56,180 bases of DNA from a virus (IMGVR_UViG_3300028595_000015:1-56180), one strand, 5' to 3'. Positions 20,601 through 29,732 are shown, counted from the first letter of the stretch. The notes: generated from the sequence alone by a model not told the origin. A program made the numbers and translations.

Positions 20601-20888
20601 ATTACATTAATAGCTGGTGCACCAAACGCGTCGGCTGATATAAATTTAGGACCTGGGACTTGGTTTGTTGAGAACAAATTTAACAGAGTATTTCCAACTA
20701 CTTTTACGGAATCAAGAATTAATGGTAGCAGTGATAGTTTGGTAATAGTTATAAATGGTCAGGAGTACGATATAATAACAGGAATAACGGCCAATGATAA
20801 CGGGCCAATTTCTATAGAAAACGAATTACCAAGCGGAGATGGTATGAGAAATAACTATATGGTATTTGTTTTTAGAGAACAAAGTTAG
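17610..20888 (+). CDS. Tail-associated (Tal/hub) minor structural protein with inserted modules
   Basis: EELNGEYELEMEYP, QPFRIY, AEHISYD, RG.DRG.TIRYGKN.TD, GDEI.V motifs of Firmicute-siphovirus Tal; C-terminal coiled/beta-helical tract. Confidence 0.8.
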   Translation: MIRIYDKDETSFDKLGLGSLDDTLAAVVVEELNGEYELEMEYPLSGRHFDKIKIQNIIFCKSNVNSDPQPFRIYSITKPIDGVVTINAEHISYDMNGILILPKRVENYVSVYIISDLEEDRYKEQWLSLTVDGNALDPDSDAIYIVKSEGDYYNNLYVWDYLRSIYEEVNSHAFPIASYGTKVTIGDEEGYQLGSIIAGINAATALPLKNPFTVYKGNDKENELKEEGFKISKPMSLRQVLGGSTESLLETFKGELSFDGFRVYLNNKRGVDRGITIRYGKNMTDLEHEEEGTSLYTGIFPFYSKAYSESFTSTSPVFQEAYIVDGAIAFTAGWLSTEIADADALTGGIPLKPIVEASRVLIGAVNEVVERYAPMIIKTEGDNEDKIVVFKKNKKATEDEPATLFDVWVDFDVVNDLEVVSNIYSSIDKTPETLMTPEFGMIYRVMDEEATELFSKNIIYVDSEIGFIVYDSDGFYHFAEDATKVSDSTPLPLIIPLYKISWNEVNEEWEKDLDNGKYYARPIKPSVSTESVEKYVYVDLQRHQVEDGSDTILQNGIIYVNETLKNRDVQNILSLDLTSDIDAIGGLNPEDVTRDHVFNKAEKYLEDNDLTKTKETITIAFAMLSDSAEYEHLKGLEIVEIGDEIGVVYENLGVNAKHRIIATEYDVLTDSYISIELGEKQKSISNNVVTSGDNVSTLKNDSEYTDKEYITKLIAENAEIINAEIQNAFIETLKVAKVDVTGLIEATSASIDSLIAKLLVAEDAEIKNALTAGALKVRGDIDVDSGHIKIKRRTDITITNVYTRDGEEAYSSTWLSDSFGGTSLIPNENTSYLIKSTGNYKNILVGWDSTNSSYYRLSQYIFEVDREGNLTAQSVNIEGGIITIGNDIFTVDRNGLVKSENIYIKDGYADKMDVGEMNVNEITVDEIFFTDSDVSLKRISEGNFESHEVNIMANGVIVNNVLTITITPTYSLYSNKVIKVSYTYKDALGNLYPGMINITLIAGAPNASADINLGPGTWFVENKFNRVFPTTFTESRINGSSDSLVIVINGQEYDIITGITANDNGPISIENELPSGDGMRNNYMVFVFREQS

Positions 20889-20914
20889 AAAATTATTTAT
20901 GAGGAGAACTTAAA

Positions 20915-21313
20915 ATGAAAGAAAAAAAACCAGTTTCAAAAATGAATAAACCAGAATTACTAGAAGAAGTAAAAAGACTTAAAGATATCGAAGAACGTTA
21001 TTTTAGGGCAGAAACAAAATTTGAAAATATGAAATCGGCTAGAGAGAGTGATTTATTAGAGGTTGACGAGGCTCGAAAAATTAAGAGAGAATCGAAAGCA
21101 AAAGAACAACTGATGGTAAACGCATATAATAGTCAAATTGAACATCTAAAAAAAACAGTAAAAGAGCAATCAGAATTAATCTTAAGTTTGTTTGATACAA
21201 CAGATAATTTATTTAATCAGCAACGTTTCTTTTATAAAAAATATAAAGGGATTTTTATTTCAGACGAAGAAATAAAAAAGGAAGCGATTGATGATGAAAA
21301 AGTAAAAGAATAA
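20915..21313 (+). CDS. Coiled-coil protein of unknown function
   Basis: SD AGGAG; charged heptads. Confidence 0.6.
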   Translation: MKEKKPVSKMNKPELLEEVKRLKDIEERYFRAETKFENMKSARESDLLEVDEARKIKRESKAKEQLMVNAYNSQIEHLKKTVKEQSELILSLFDTTDNLFNQQRFFYKKYKGIFISDEEIKKEAIDDEKVKE

Positions 21314-21330
21314 TAGGAGGTTAAGCTTAC

Positions 21331-22104
21331 ATGGCTACATATAAAGGATTATTTTATGTCTATAATGAAACAGAAAATGATTTTGATATTTTAAAACCTG
21401 ATATAGACGCGGATAATGTTATTGGCGGAGTATTTCATTTAGATAGAATTCCAGAATTGACGCTGGATAAAATACCAACTTTGGATTCTTCTAAAATACC
21501 AGATTTAAATGCTTCTAAAATCACAGATGGAATTTTAGATCCTGCATTATTCCCAGCAATAGCAATTAGTTCTGTGCATACAGTAACATCAATGGCATCT
21601 TTGTCCGTTATTTATACTGGCTCAGAACTACAGTCTGGGGATGTTGTCATATCAATAAATGAAAACAAGTCATATATTCATAACGGAGGTACTGCAGGGG
21701 ATGCCTCTGATTTCACAGAATTAAAAACCCCTACATCAGGAGTTACATCTGTTAATTCCATGACTGGTGCAGTAACATTGACAAAAGCACACATAGGTCT
21801 AAACAATGTTGACAACACTGCAGATGCTTCTAAAAATGTTTTGAGCGCTTCAAAATGGACTAATTCTAGAAAGTTAACATTAGGAGGAGATGCTACTGGG
21901 GAAGTAACTTTTAATGGTGAAAATGATTTTACATTAACGGTTACCGTTGCTAATAATTCGCATGAACACACTATTAGCAACATTACTAATTTAGGAGATA
22001 CGCTTTTAGCGAAACAGGACAAAATAGACGTTATAACACAAGCGACATTCTCGTCGTTGTCAACAAGTGGATTAAATGACGGTAAAATTGTATTTGTCCA
22101 TTAA
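21331..22104 (+). CDS. Tail fibre-like protein
   Basis: IP.LD.SKI repeats, VTSVN.MTGAVTL, GL.NVDNTAD, L.GDATG.V.F.G, H.HTISNIT.L fibre motifs. Confidence 0.75.
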   Translation: MATYKGLFYVYNETENDFDILKPDIDADNVIGGVFHLDRIPELTLDKIPTLDSSKIPDLNASKITDGILDPALFPAIAISSVHTVTSMASLSVIYTGSELQSGDVVISINENKSYIHNGGTAGDASDFTELKTPTSGVTSVNSMTGAVTLTKAHIGLNNVDNTADASKNVLSASKWTNSRKLTLGGDATGEVTFNGENDFTLTVTVANNSHEHTISNITNLGDTLLAKQDKIDVITQATFSSLSTSGLNDGKIVFVH

Positions 22105-22129
22105 AATAAAGATATAGGAGGTATATAGT

Positions 22130-22429
22130 ATGGCTGCTCTGAAAGGAACTTTAAAAAAATGGACAGTGGCTGATGATGAATGGTCAGACTTGTATCCAAG
22201 AACGGTTTTTGATGAAGTGATGGTAAGTGAATTAGACGCGACAACACTAACATCAGTAATAAATACAATAAACCAGAGTATATCAAATCTTCAAAGCGGA
22301 GGAGCCGCTGCTGAAATAGTTGATGATAACACAGACAATACAACGAATTTTAAAATATGGACAGGACCATATTCGGATTTGCCGTCTACGCCTGATGATA
22401 GGGTAATATATTTGACGGATGTAGATTAG
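22130..22429 (+). CDS. Small tail-tip protein
   Basis: SD AGGAGG; W..LYPRT and KIWTG...D..VIY motifs seen in fibre-associated proteins. Confidence 0.55.
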   Translation: MAALKGTLKKWTVADDEWSDLYPRTVFDEVMVSELDATTLTSVINTINQSISNLQSGGAAAEIVDDNTDNTTNFKIWTGPYSDLPSTPDDRVIYLTDVD

Positions 22430-22443
22430 GAGTTGATTATAGT

Positions 22444-25400
22444 ATGGCAGTAATTATTAAAAATACAAACCCTCAACCAAAAGGACAACAATTATGGGAC
22501 ACGCCTGGTGTTTATACTTTTACAGTACCTGTTGGAGTAACTTCTTTGTCAGGAGTACTCGTGGGCGCTGGAGGCGGTGCTGGTGGTTCTGGTAACAATG
22601 TTGGTGGCGCTGGTGGCGGTGGCGGATGTTTGGCATGGTTTAGAGGTTTAACAGTAACTCCAGGCGAAACTTTTGAAATAAAGGTTGGTGCTGGAGGAGC
22701 TGGAGGAGCTGCTGGTGGTGGAGATGGTTCTCACGGACAATGGGGTTATCTTAAAAGAAATTCTACCGGTGTAAAAATGATTGTCACTAGGTCTGGTAGA
22801 GGCGGCGTTGGAGATGCCGATCAACCAGGAGGAGTTAGCCTATCGGCTACTATAAATACGCCAGACGATTTCGAGGCGTACGATAGATACCTTGGCGGTC
22901 AGGGGGGAGCCTCTGATGGCGGTGCTTGTGGTGGCGCTGGAGGCGGTGCTGGTGGATATTCCGGTAATGGTGGTAAAGGTGGTACATCAAACAGTAATGT
23001 TGGTCAAACTGGTGGTACTGGCGGTGCTGCTGGTGGTGGAGAATCTGATAGTTATGGCGCTGGCGGAGGAGGAGGTACTGGAGTTTATGGCGAAGGTGCA
23101 TCGGGTGCTGCTACTGGTAATTTAGACGGTTCAGAAGGAGCCGGTGGTTATGGCGGTTCTGGTGGTGAAAAAGGCGAAAACGGAGATAATATGGGTGGAA
23201 AAGGTGGATGGCCTGGCGGGGGTGGAGGAGCCCCTGAAGATGACGATTTATTACCTGGTGGAGCAGGAGCTGATGGTGCTTGTCGTTTAATATGGGGAGC
23301 AAATAGGTATTTTCCAGACACTAACACATCAGATGTTGAGGAGAGCGATGATATTTTTGCTAATCTTACACCGAAATCTAAAGATGGAACCTCTTATAGA
23401 GATTTAGCAGCAGTTTATAGAGGAGAAACACTTATATGGCCTGAAGTAAAGAAACCTGTATTAGCTGAAGGAAATACTTACATCGATGGTGCATTCGCTA
23501 TAGATGTAGACAATCCTAATGATTTTCAATGCGGAGTTTATTATGGATTAACAACAGAGAAAGCAAGAACCTATAAAGCTTCTGTATCAGCATTGAGTGA
23601 ATATGGTTTAGATGTTACTGGTCTTAATAATGCTTGGCCATACACTATAAAGGTTAGTCTTAGAAAAGATAATGCATGGTCTACACCAGCATTAATTAAT
23701 GTAATTACTTATGGAGATAGAATTCCTTCTAACTTAGAATTGATTAGATATTGGTTCGATGAAACAAGTATAACAATAAGGGTTAAAAATAAAGACGTAT
23801 TACCAGTATATGTATATTATGAAGAAGATGATTCAACCCCTAATGATAATGCTGGGTTAGTTCAACCAGGAGAAACAGTGGATTGCACAATGTCTGGTCT
23901 TGTAAATGGACAAACTTATGATATTTATGCAAGAGCAAGAGGAGAATCTTTTTGGGGTTCGGATTATTCAGCTGATACGTTACACGTAGTAGTTACAACT
24001 GGTACTCCTACAGAGGAACCAACAATTGTTTACTCTTCAAAAACCCACGATTCAATTAATGTTTTGATAACAAATGAGGATAGTAGAAGCGTTACAATGT
24101 ATGCTGATGAGAATGAAAATCCAACAACATCAGTTGGTACTTTTTCTGCTGGCGAGACTAAGGTAGTAACAATTCCAGGTCTTTCGCCAGAAACAACTTA
24201 TAAAATATATGCAAAAGCTGTATATAATAGTATAGAATCTACTGTTGCAGAAACAATAGATATTACTACAAATACTGCCCCTAGAATACCAACAGAACCA
24301 ATGGTAAATTATGTGAGTAAAGGTATAAATTGGATTTCTGTAAGTGTTATAAATAAAGATATAGAATCCATAACGATATGCGCAGATGTAGATACGGATT
24401 ACCCTACCACCATTAAAGAAAGTGGCGTAGGGTATAATAGCGTTAAAACAATTGTGATTAGTGGGTTAGATGATTACACTTTATACGACGTGGCTGTTAG
24501 GGTTAAAACTTCTGAAAATGCATATTCGACAACGGTTTATATTAATGATGTTAGAACATTATCTAGGATTCCGTCGTCACCTACAATAACATATTTATCA
24601 AAGACAAACAACACAATAGAAGTAAGCGTTACTAATAATGATTCGGAAAGTGTTACATTATATTCAGATGAATTAGCGACGCCTGTTACGAACAGGGGTG
24701 TTTTAAGTTCTGTTCCACCTGGAGATACAGTGGTATTTGATGTGGAGAACTTAGAACCGTCTGCGACATATAGGATAAGAGCTAGAGTAAAGTTGAATGA
24801 TGTGTACTCTAGTACGGTTGAAACATCCGAAATAACAACTTATAGAGTACCAGCTATTCCTGAAATAATTTCTGGGAGTGTTACGGTTACTGCAAACACA
24901 ATAACGCTTATTGTTAAAAATAATGATCTAGAGACTTGTTATATTTGCGTTGACCACGATGATCCAACCCCAGGCACTTCATATGGAGAAGTTGCTTCGG
25001 GTCAAACAAAATCAATAACAATACTTGTGCCTAACTCAAATACTTTCTATGATGTTTATGCGTGCGCAAGATTAAATGGAGTTCATGGTTTGAGTGATAG
25101 TGTAGTTAATATTAAGACACTAGAAAGAGTGCCTGAGATGCCTGCGTTTAATGGGTACACAGCAACTTCTGATAGCATAACCCTTAATGTACACAATATG
25201 GATGATGAGACTGTTGAGTTATACTGTTCATTGGTTTCTGATGCAGGTGATACAACTAATTTATATTTACAACCTAATGGTGACGCTAGTGGTGGCGATT
25301 ACTTAAATTATACGATAGACGGTCTCAATCCAAATACTAGTTACACTGTCTATATAAAAGTTAAACTTGGTACAATGTTCTCACCAATTAATTCAACCAA

Positions 25401-26505
25401 TATGATAACAGACCCAAGGGTACCAGTGTCTCCAACGATTTCTTTAAGCTCTGTTGATACCACATCAATAACTGTTAAGGTTACTAATAAAGATCAAGAG
25501 GATGTTGCCATTTATGTAGAGGAAAACGATTCAACACCAAACGATATTAAGTATTCTGGAGTTGGTTATAATGTTTTGAAATACTGTACCGTAGGAGGCC
25601 TACAACCTAACACATATTATGATATTTATGCAAGGGTTTTATTGGATGGAGTTTACTCGCCTTCTGTTAAGTTAGATAACGTTAAAACAGACTATTCTGT
25701 ACCTAGTAACCCGACCATAACTTTTGTTTCAAAAACAGAGAACTCGATAACTGTAAATGTTAAGAATATTGATTCTAGGACCGTTGATGTTTATTGTGGT
25801 ACATCTTCTTCTCCTGGAGATAGTGGGGTTAATTTGAATGGCGGGGATGATGCAGACATAACTATATCAGGTTTAAGCGCCTACTCGTACTATACAATAT
25901 ATTCTAAGGTGAGATACTTGTCTAAGTACTCAGGGGTAGTCGATACAGGAGCAATTCAAACAGATCCGAGAACCCCGAATGAACCTACTATAACTTTTGA
26001 CTCTAAAACAACTACTACTATTACGGTTTTGGTTGATAATGAGGATTTAGAAGGTGTTTCTTTATATGTAGATACTTCAAGTAACCCAACGGTTTATAGG
26101 GGGACTATGATATCTATGGAGGATGATAAGTCTGTCATGCTATCTGGTTTATCTCCAAATACTAGTTATACTATATATGCTAGGGTAAAATTAAATGGTG
26201 TTTACTCATCTTCGGATTCAGTAAATGTTACTACACTTAAAGTCGATGCTGCCACGCCTACGATAGAGGATGTTAGTACGGTAACATATAAATATAAGGT
26301 AAAAAATAATGACTCTGAAACAGCCGAGATATTCGCAGAACACGGCGATACAACACCGGATGTATCGAGAGGTAATGTTGCATCAGGTAGTTATACTTCA
26401 GTCGTTGATACGGGTATACCGTCTAATTTAGGGACTTTAAATGTTTATGCGCAGGCTAAAGTTTCCGGTAAAAATGATAGTGATGTAGCTAGTATAGTAA
26501 TATAA
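22444..26505 (+). CDS. Glycine-rich domain plus ~10 fibronectin type III-like repeats (putative adhesin/receptor-binding protein)
   Basis: TFTVP.GVT...VGAGGGAGG Gly-rich N-terminus; repeated P..PTI...T..SI.V.V.N.D...GL.P.T.Y.IYAR units. Confidence 0.85.
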   Translation: MAVIIKNTNPQPKGQQLWDTPGVYTFTVPVGVTSLSGVLVGAGGGAGGSGNNVGGAGGGGGCLAWFRGLTVTPGETFEIKVGAGGAGGAAGGGDGSHGQWGYLKRNSTGVKMIVTRSGRGGVGDADQPGGVSLSATINTPDDFEAYDRYLGGQGGASDGGACGGAGGGAGGYSGNGGKGGTSNSNVGQTGGTGGAAGGGESDSYGAGGGGGTGVYGEGASGAATGNLDGSEGAGGYGGSGGEKGENGDNMGGKGGWPGGGGGAPEDDDLLPGGAGADGACRLIWGANRYFPDTNTSDVEESDDIFANLTPKSKDGTSYRDLAAVYRGETLIWPEVKKPVLAEGNTYIDGAFAIDVDNPNDFQCGVYYGLTTEKARTYKASVSALSEYGLDVTGLNNAWPYTIKVSLRKDNAWSTPALINVITYGDRIPSNLELIRYWFDETSITIRVKNKDVLPVYVYYEEDDSTPNDNAGLVQPGETVDCTMSGLVNGQTYDIYARARGESFWGSDYSADTLHVVVTTGTPTEEPTIVYSSKTHDSINVLITNEDSRSVTMYADENENPTTSVGTFSAGETKVVTIPGLSPETTYKIYAKAVYNSIESTVAETIDITTNTAPRIPTEPMVNYVSKGINWISVSVINKDIESITICADVDTDYPTTIKESGVGYNSVKTIVISGLDDYTLYDVAVRVKTSENAYSTTVYINDVRTLSRIPSSPTITYLSKTNNTIEVSVTNNDSESVTLYSDELATPVTNRGVLSSVPPGDTVVFDVENLEPSATYRIRARVKLNDVYSSTVETSEITTYRVPAIPEIISGSVTVTANTITLIVKNNDLETCYICVDHDDPTPGTSYGEVASGQTKSITILVPNSNTFYDVYACARLNGVHGLSDSVVNIKTLERVPEMPAFNGYTATSDSITLNVHNMDDETVELYCSLVSDAGDTTNLYLQPNGDASGGDYLNYTIDGLNPNTSYTVYIKVKLGTMFSPINSTNMITDPRVPVSPTISLSSVDTTSITVKVTNKDQEDVAIYVEENDSTPNDIKYSGVGYNVLKYCTVGGLQPNTYYDIYARVLLDGVYSPSVKLDNVKTDYSVPSNPTITFVSKTENSITVNVKNIDSRTVDVYCGTSSSPGDSGVNLNGGDDADITISGLSAYSYYTIYSKVRYLSKYSGVVDTGAIQTDPRTPNEPTITFDSKTTTTITVLVDNEDLEGVSLYVDTSSNPTVYRGTMISMEDDKSVMLSGLSPNTSYTIYARVKLNGVYSSSDSVNVTTLKVDAATPTIEDVSTVTYKYKVKNNDSETAEIFAEHGDTTPDVSRGNVASGSYTSVVDTGIPSNLGTLNVYAQAKVSGKNDSDVASIVI

Positions 26506-26520
26506 TAAGGGGGTTCTATT

Positions 26521-26751
26521 GTGGATAAACAGTACCTACTCGATTCTATAGAAGAGTGGAATGGGATCGGGATTATAGAGTTTGATGAGATATTGAACGG
26601 TGGAATTAGAAACCACAGACGCATGCTATGTGGTAAGAAAAAGACTATAGAATTTATAGAAAGATATTTTGATGATGATCTTTATGGTCATTTTGGCGAT
26701 AATGTCATGACAACAATTATTAAATATTACATCAAGGAGGATAATACGTAA
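26521..26751 (+). CDS. Hypothetical protein
   Basis: SD-like AAGGGGG, GTG start, translationally coupled to the next gene. Confidence 0.55.
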   Translation: MDKQYLLDSIEEWNGIGIIEFDEILNGGIRNHRRMLCGKKKTIEFIERYFDDDLYGHFGDNVMTTIIKYYIKEDNT

Positions 26752-27311
26752 TGTCAATTTGGCAAATTATAGGGTGGATTTTAGCAGCTATTGTATTCAG
26801 TGCAAGTGTATTGGATTCGATTATACGTTGGTATAGGGCTTATAGAGATGCTAAAAAATCAGCAAACAAAGCAGTAGATGATCATATAAAAGAGGTCATT
26901 AAAGAGGATAGAGAATTTAATTGTCCAGCAATTATTACTCGAGAGAGGGACCTTTTAGATAGGCGTGCTGAGACAGATTCAATTAAGGAATTTATAACTA
27001 GTGAGATTCGTCCGATAAAAGAATCTTTAACCGATATAAAAGATTGGAATAAGAAAATGCATCATTCTATAATGGACGACCTGCAGATAAAACTTAGGGC
27101 TATTTATAAAAGATTTGAGCGCAAAGGAACTTTATCCGAAGTAGACCAAACGAACTGGGATAAATATTACTCAGGATATAAGAATTTAGGCGGGAATAGC
27201 GATATAAAAAGAATGGATGAAATTATTCAAAAGACTAGACTCGAGATTAGTATTGGTAAAGCAAAAAATAAAAAAAGTAGTCAGGAGGACGACGATGAAT
27301 CAAATGATTAA
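26751..27311 (+). CDS. Membrane protein of the lysis region (N-terminal TM)
   Basis: WQIIGWILAAIVF TM; Y..Y..LGGN motif common in holin-adjacent genes. Confidence 0.6.
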   Translation: MSIWQIIGWILAAIVFSASVLDSIIRWYRAYRDAKKSANKAVDDHIKEVIKEDREFNCPAIITRERDLLDRRAETDSIKEFITSEIRPIKESLTDIKDWNKKMHHSIMDDLQIKLRAIYKRFERKGTLSEVDQTNWDKYYSGYKNLGGNSDIKRMDEIIQKTRLEISIGKAKNKKSSQEDDDESND

Positions 27312-27699
27312 AAGAATCACGGCAGCATTAGTGTTCTTAACAGGTTTTGTGTTTGCTCTTTTAGGTTTATTTGGAATTAATGTAACCGTGAACCAGACAG
27401 ACGTAAACAATGTTATATTTGGATTGGGTGTGATAGTGGGAGTCATTATCGAATTTGCTCCTATGATTTACGATTTAGTTAAGGACAAAAACTATAAAGA
27501 GTTACTGTCGATTGTTAGTGATGTAGTAAAGGCAGTTGAGGAATCTTCAGAAGGTCTTAGTGGACAAGAGAAGAAGGATAAAGCAATGAATGCAATTAGG
27601 ATTATTTGCGAGAAGCGTGATATTCCATTTGATGTCGAAAAAGTTTCTCATATGATCGAATCCATCATTGCAATTTATAATACAGTAGTTAAACAATAA
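27295..27699 (+). CDS. Holin-like protein
   Basis: Two TM helices, then V.AVE...G.EKK..A...IES.. (LL-H-holin-like); ATG 27295 after AGGAGG. Confidence 0.65.
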   Translation: MNQMIKRITAALVFLTGFVFALLGLFGINVTVNQTDVNNVIFGLGVIVGVIIEFAPMIYDLVKDKNYKELLSIVSDVVKAVEESSEGLSGQEKKDKAMNAIRIICEKRDIPFDVEKVSHMIESIIAIYNTVVKQ

Positions 27700-27714
27700 T
27701 AGGAGGAAAGAAAA

Positions 27715-27969
27715 ATGAAAAAACAAGCAGTAATTGAGTTTGAAGCATCAAAAGGTTCATCAGAACCAGTAAAAGCTGAAGTTGAAATGGAGTTAGTAGA
27801 AGTTCCTGACTACTCTGAATTAGCTAACGGCAATTATAAGTTGAGCGTTACTGATGGAGTTGCAACTTGGGTCGAGGTAATTGAATTACCTGATCATTCC
27901 GAATTAGCTAATGGCGACTATAAGTTGACTATGGTTGATGGTACTGCAACTTGGGAATTAATCGTTTAA
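27715..27969 (+). CDS. Small acidic protein with two ~28-aa internal repeats
   Basis: EVPDYSELANGNYKLSVTDGVATW / ELPDHSELANGDYKLTMVDGTATW; strong SD. Confidence 0.7.
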   Translation: MKKQAVIEFEASKGSSEPVKAEVEMELVEVPDYSELANGNYKLSVTDGVATWVEVIELPDHSELANGDYKLTMVDGTATWELIV

Positions 27970-27980
27970 TGTGATTTATT

Positions 27981-28026
27981 AAAAACCAATGACCTTTGTA
28001 TATTTTACATGGGTTCTTGGTTTTTT
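27981..28026 (+). terminator. Terminator ending the late operon
   Basis: AAAAACCAA..ACC / GGT..TTGGTTTTT long imperfect stem plus T tract. Confidence 0.75.
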
Positions 28027-28041
28027 ATTGTTTACCTAAAC

Positions 28042-28070
28042 ACGCATAATTAACATACCTCTTTATAGAA
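28042..28070 (+). promoter_or_regulatory. 29-bp conserved motif copy 1 (putative phage promoter)
   Basis: ACGCATAATTAACATACCTCTTTATAGAA. Confidence 0.75.
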
Positions 28071-28103
28071 ATAACTATATATAATATAAGGAGGATATTA
28101 GTA

Positions 28104-28385
28104 ATGGTTAATGTTTTAAAAGATAAAATTTATTTATGGGATTTCCATAAGAACGAGTTGATTAATATGAACTATCATAGTTTATATTGTTGTAATCGTT
28201 TGGGTTGGGAACCAGTACTTAAAGATTTTGCTGAAAGCATTAAAGTTAGTAATGACGATTTAGATTTTATTACGGTTGAACAAAAAGAAAGAGTAGATGA
28301 ATACTATAGAAATAGAGAAGATTATGATATGACATATATACAAGTGGTCGATTATATACAGGCTTTAGATAAGGGTATTTTATAA
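28104..28385 (+). CDS. Cassette gene 1, hypothetical soluble protein
   Basis: Motif + AAGGAGG + ORF + hairpin/T tract at 28371-28398. Confidence 0.75.
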   Translation: MVNVLKDKIYLWDFHKNELINMNYHSLYCCNRLGWEPVLKDFAESIKVSNDDLDFITVEQKERVDEYYRNREDYDMTYIQVVDYIQALDKGIL

Positions 28386-28416
28386 TACTCTTTTTTTTAT
28401 TTTTGTTTAGGTAAAC

Positions 28417-28445
28417 ACGCATAATATGCATAGCTCTTTATAGAA
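28417..28445 (+). promoter_or_regulatory. 29-bp motif copy 2
   Basis: ACGCATAATATGCATAGCTCTTTATAGAA. Confidence 0.75.
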
Positions 28446-28465
28446 AATAAAAGGAGGAATTTTTA

Positions 28466-28660
28466 ATGAAATTGTTTTGGAAAATTGCTGGGGTTAGTAT
28501 CCTTGCTAGTATTCTTACGAATACAGCGGTGAACACTGCTAGTAGAATCAGAAGAAGTAAAATTGAAGATGATGACTATGAGGAAAAATTAAAAGAAAAG
28601 AGAGAAATGAAACGTCAACAAAAATTAGATAAGAAAAAATCTAAAAAAGTTGAGGAATAA
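28466..28660 (+). CDS. Cassette gene 2, small protein with N-terminal hydrophobic helix and basic tail
   Basis: Motif + SD; GAGGAA/TTCCTC hairpin at 28652-28677. Confidence 0.75.
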   Translation: MKLFWKIAGVSILASILTNTAVNTASRIRRSKIEDDDYEEKLKEKREMKRQQKLDKKKSKKVEE

Positions 28661-28708
28661 ACATTTCCTCTTTCTTTATATTAAAAAAAAGAAGGAGAAC
28701 TTAGAAAA

Positions 28709-28981
28709 ATGAAAGAAAAAAACAAAACAGAAGGAATTATAAACTTTAGAAAACAAAGAAGAAAATTCAGAGTAACATTCCTTGCCGAAGTATATTATGA
28801 GGATGGGAGTGAATCTTTAGTACCTATGAATCGTAATTGTATTATTGATGGTGTAAATAGAGGAGAGACAGAAACATTTGAACAATTGAGTAAGAAGCTG
28901 GAAGACCGTCTAGATGAGCTTTTACCAAATAATACATGTGTTAATTATATTCAGGACGCGGAATATGTTGGTGTTGCGTAA
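28709..28981 (+). CDS. Hypothetical protein
   Basis: SD AAGGAG; coupled to the next gene. Confidence 0.65.
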   Translation: MKEKNKTEGIINFRKQRRKFRVTFLAEVYYEDGSESLVPMNRNCIIDGVNRGETETFEQLSKKLEDRLDELLPNNTCVNYIQDAEYVGVA

Positions 28982-29451
28982 TGTTTAAGAAAAATTTAAA
29001 ATACAGAACGTTTAGCGTATATTCGGCAGTTGTTGGGGAAGAAATTGTAATAAAAAATGATATTTGGAAGGTTTTAGCAATAACTGGTGAGGAGATTATA
29101 AGCCATGGTTATGGAGGAACAATTAAAAAAGTGGTATATTGTGAGCATCAGTGTACTATATTAGAAAGAATGAGAGAAGAAATTAAAGACCTACAAGATA
29201 AAGTCCTTTTTATTGAAAAGGATATACCTAATCGTCCAGGGGTTCTTGAAAAACCTCCTTTAAGTATTTCGCCATTGTCTGAAGATGATGGAAAAGAACC
29301 CCGACGATTAAAAGCAAACTGTGGAGTTTGTGGAGCTATGTTATATGAGGCAGATAGTATTTATACATTCAAAGAGGTTTTTGACGTAGAAAGACCGTAT
29401 TGTTTTCACTGTGGTAACAGGATTCAGTTTAGAAATAGGATTGTAAAATAG
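28981..29451 (+). CDS. Hypothetical protein with C-terminal zinc ribbon
   Basis: CGVC...CFHCG. Confidence 0.65.
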   Translation: MFKKNLKYRTFSVYSAVVGEEIVIKNDIWKVLAITGEEIISHGYGGTIKKVVYCEHQCTILERMREEIKDLQDKVLFIEKDIPNRPGVLEKPPLSISPLSEDDGKEPRRLKANCGVCGAMLYEADSIYTFKEVFDVERPYCFHCGNRIQFRNRIVK

Positions 29452-29480
29452 TCGCATTAATTGCATACTCCTATATAGGA
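29452..29480 (+). promoter_or_regulatory. 29-bp motif copy 3 (overlaps the SD)
   Basis: TCGCATTAATTGCATACTCCTATATAGGA. Confidence 0.7.
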
Positions 29481-29489
29481 GGAGATATT

Positions 29490-29732
29490 ATGAAAATATT
29501 ATTTGGTTGGACTACCATATTTAGATGGAACCCTGTAACCAGAATTAAAAGATCAACAAAAGTAATAGACGCCATATATGAAGTATTAGTTATTGATGTT
29601 TTATTAGGTGCTATAACTGGATTAGCTAGAGCTTTTAGATGGTTATTCTGGGTAATGTGGACAATATTGGGAGTCGATTGGAAAAAAGTTTATTATAATA
29701 TTAAAGAAAAATTAGAGGCAGTTTTTACGTAG
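29490..29732 (+). CDS. Cassette gene 3, small membrane protein
   Basis: Hydrophobic, Trp-rich core; AGAGGC/GCCTCT hairpin + T tract at 29714-29744. Confidence 0.75.
   Translation: MKILFGWTTIFRWNPVTRIKRSTKVIDAIYEVLVIDVLLGAITGLARAFRWLFWVMWTILGVDWKKVYYNIKEKLEAVFT

Noticed and set aside
22850-23302. His/Gln-rich alternative-frame ORFs
   Set aside because: Frame artefacts of the GGT/GGA-rich glycine tract
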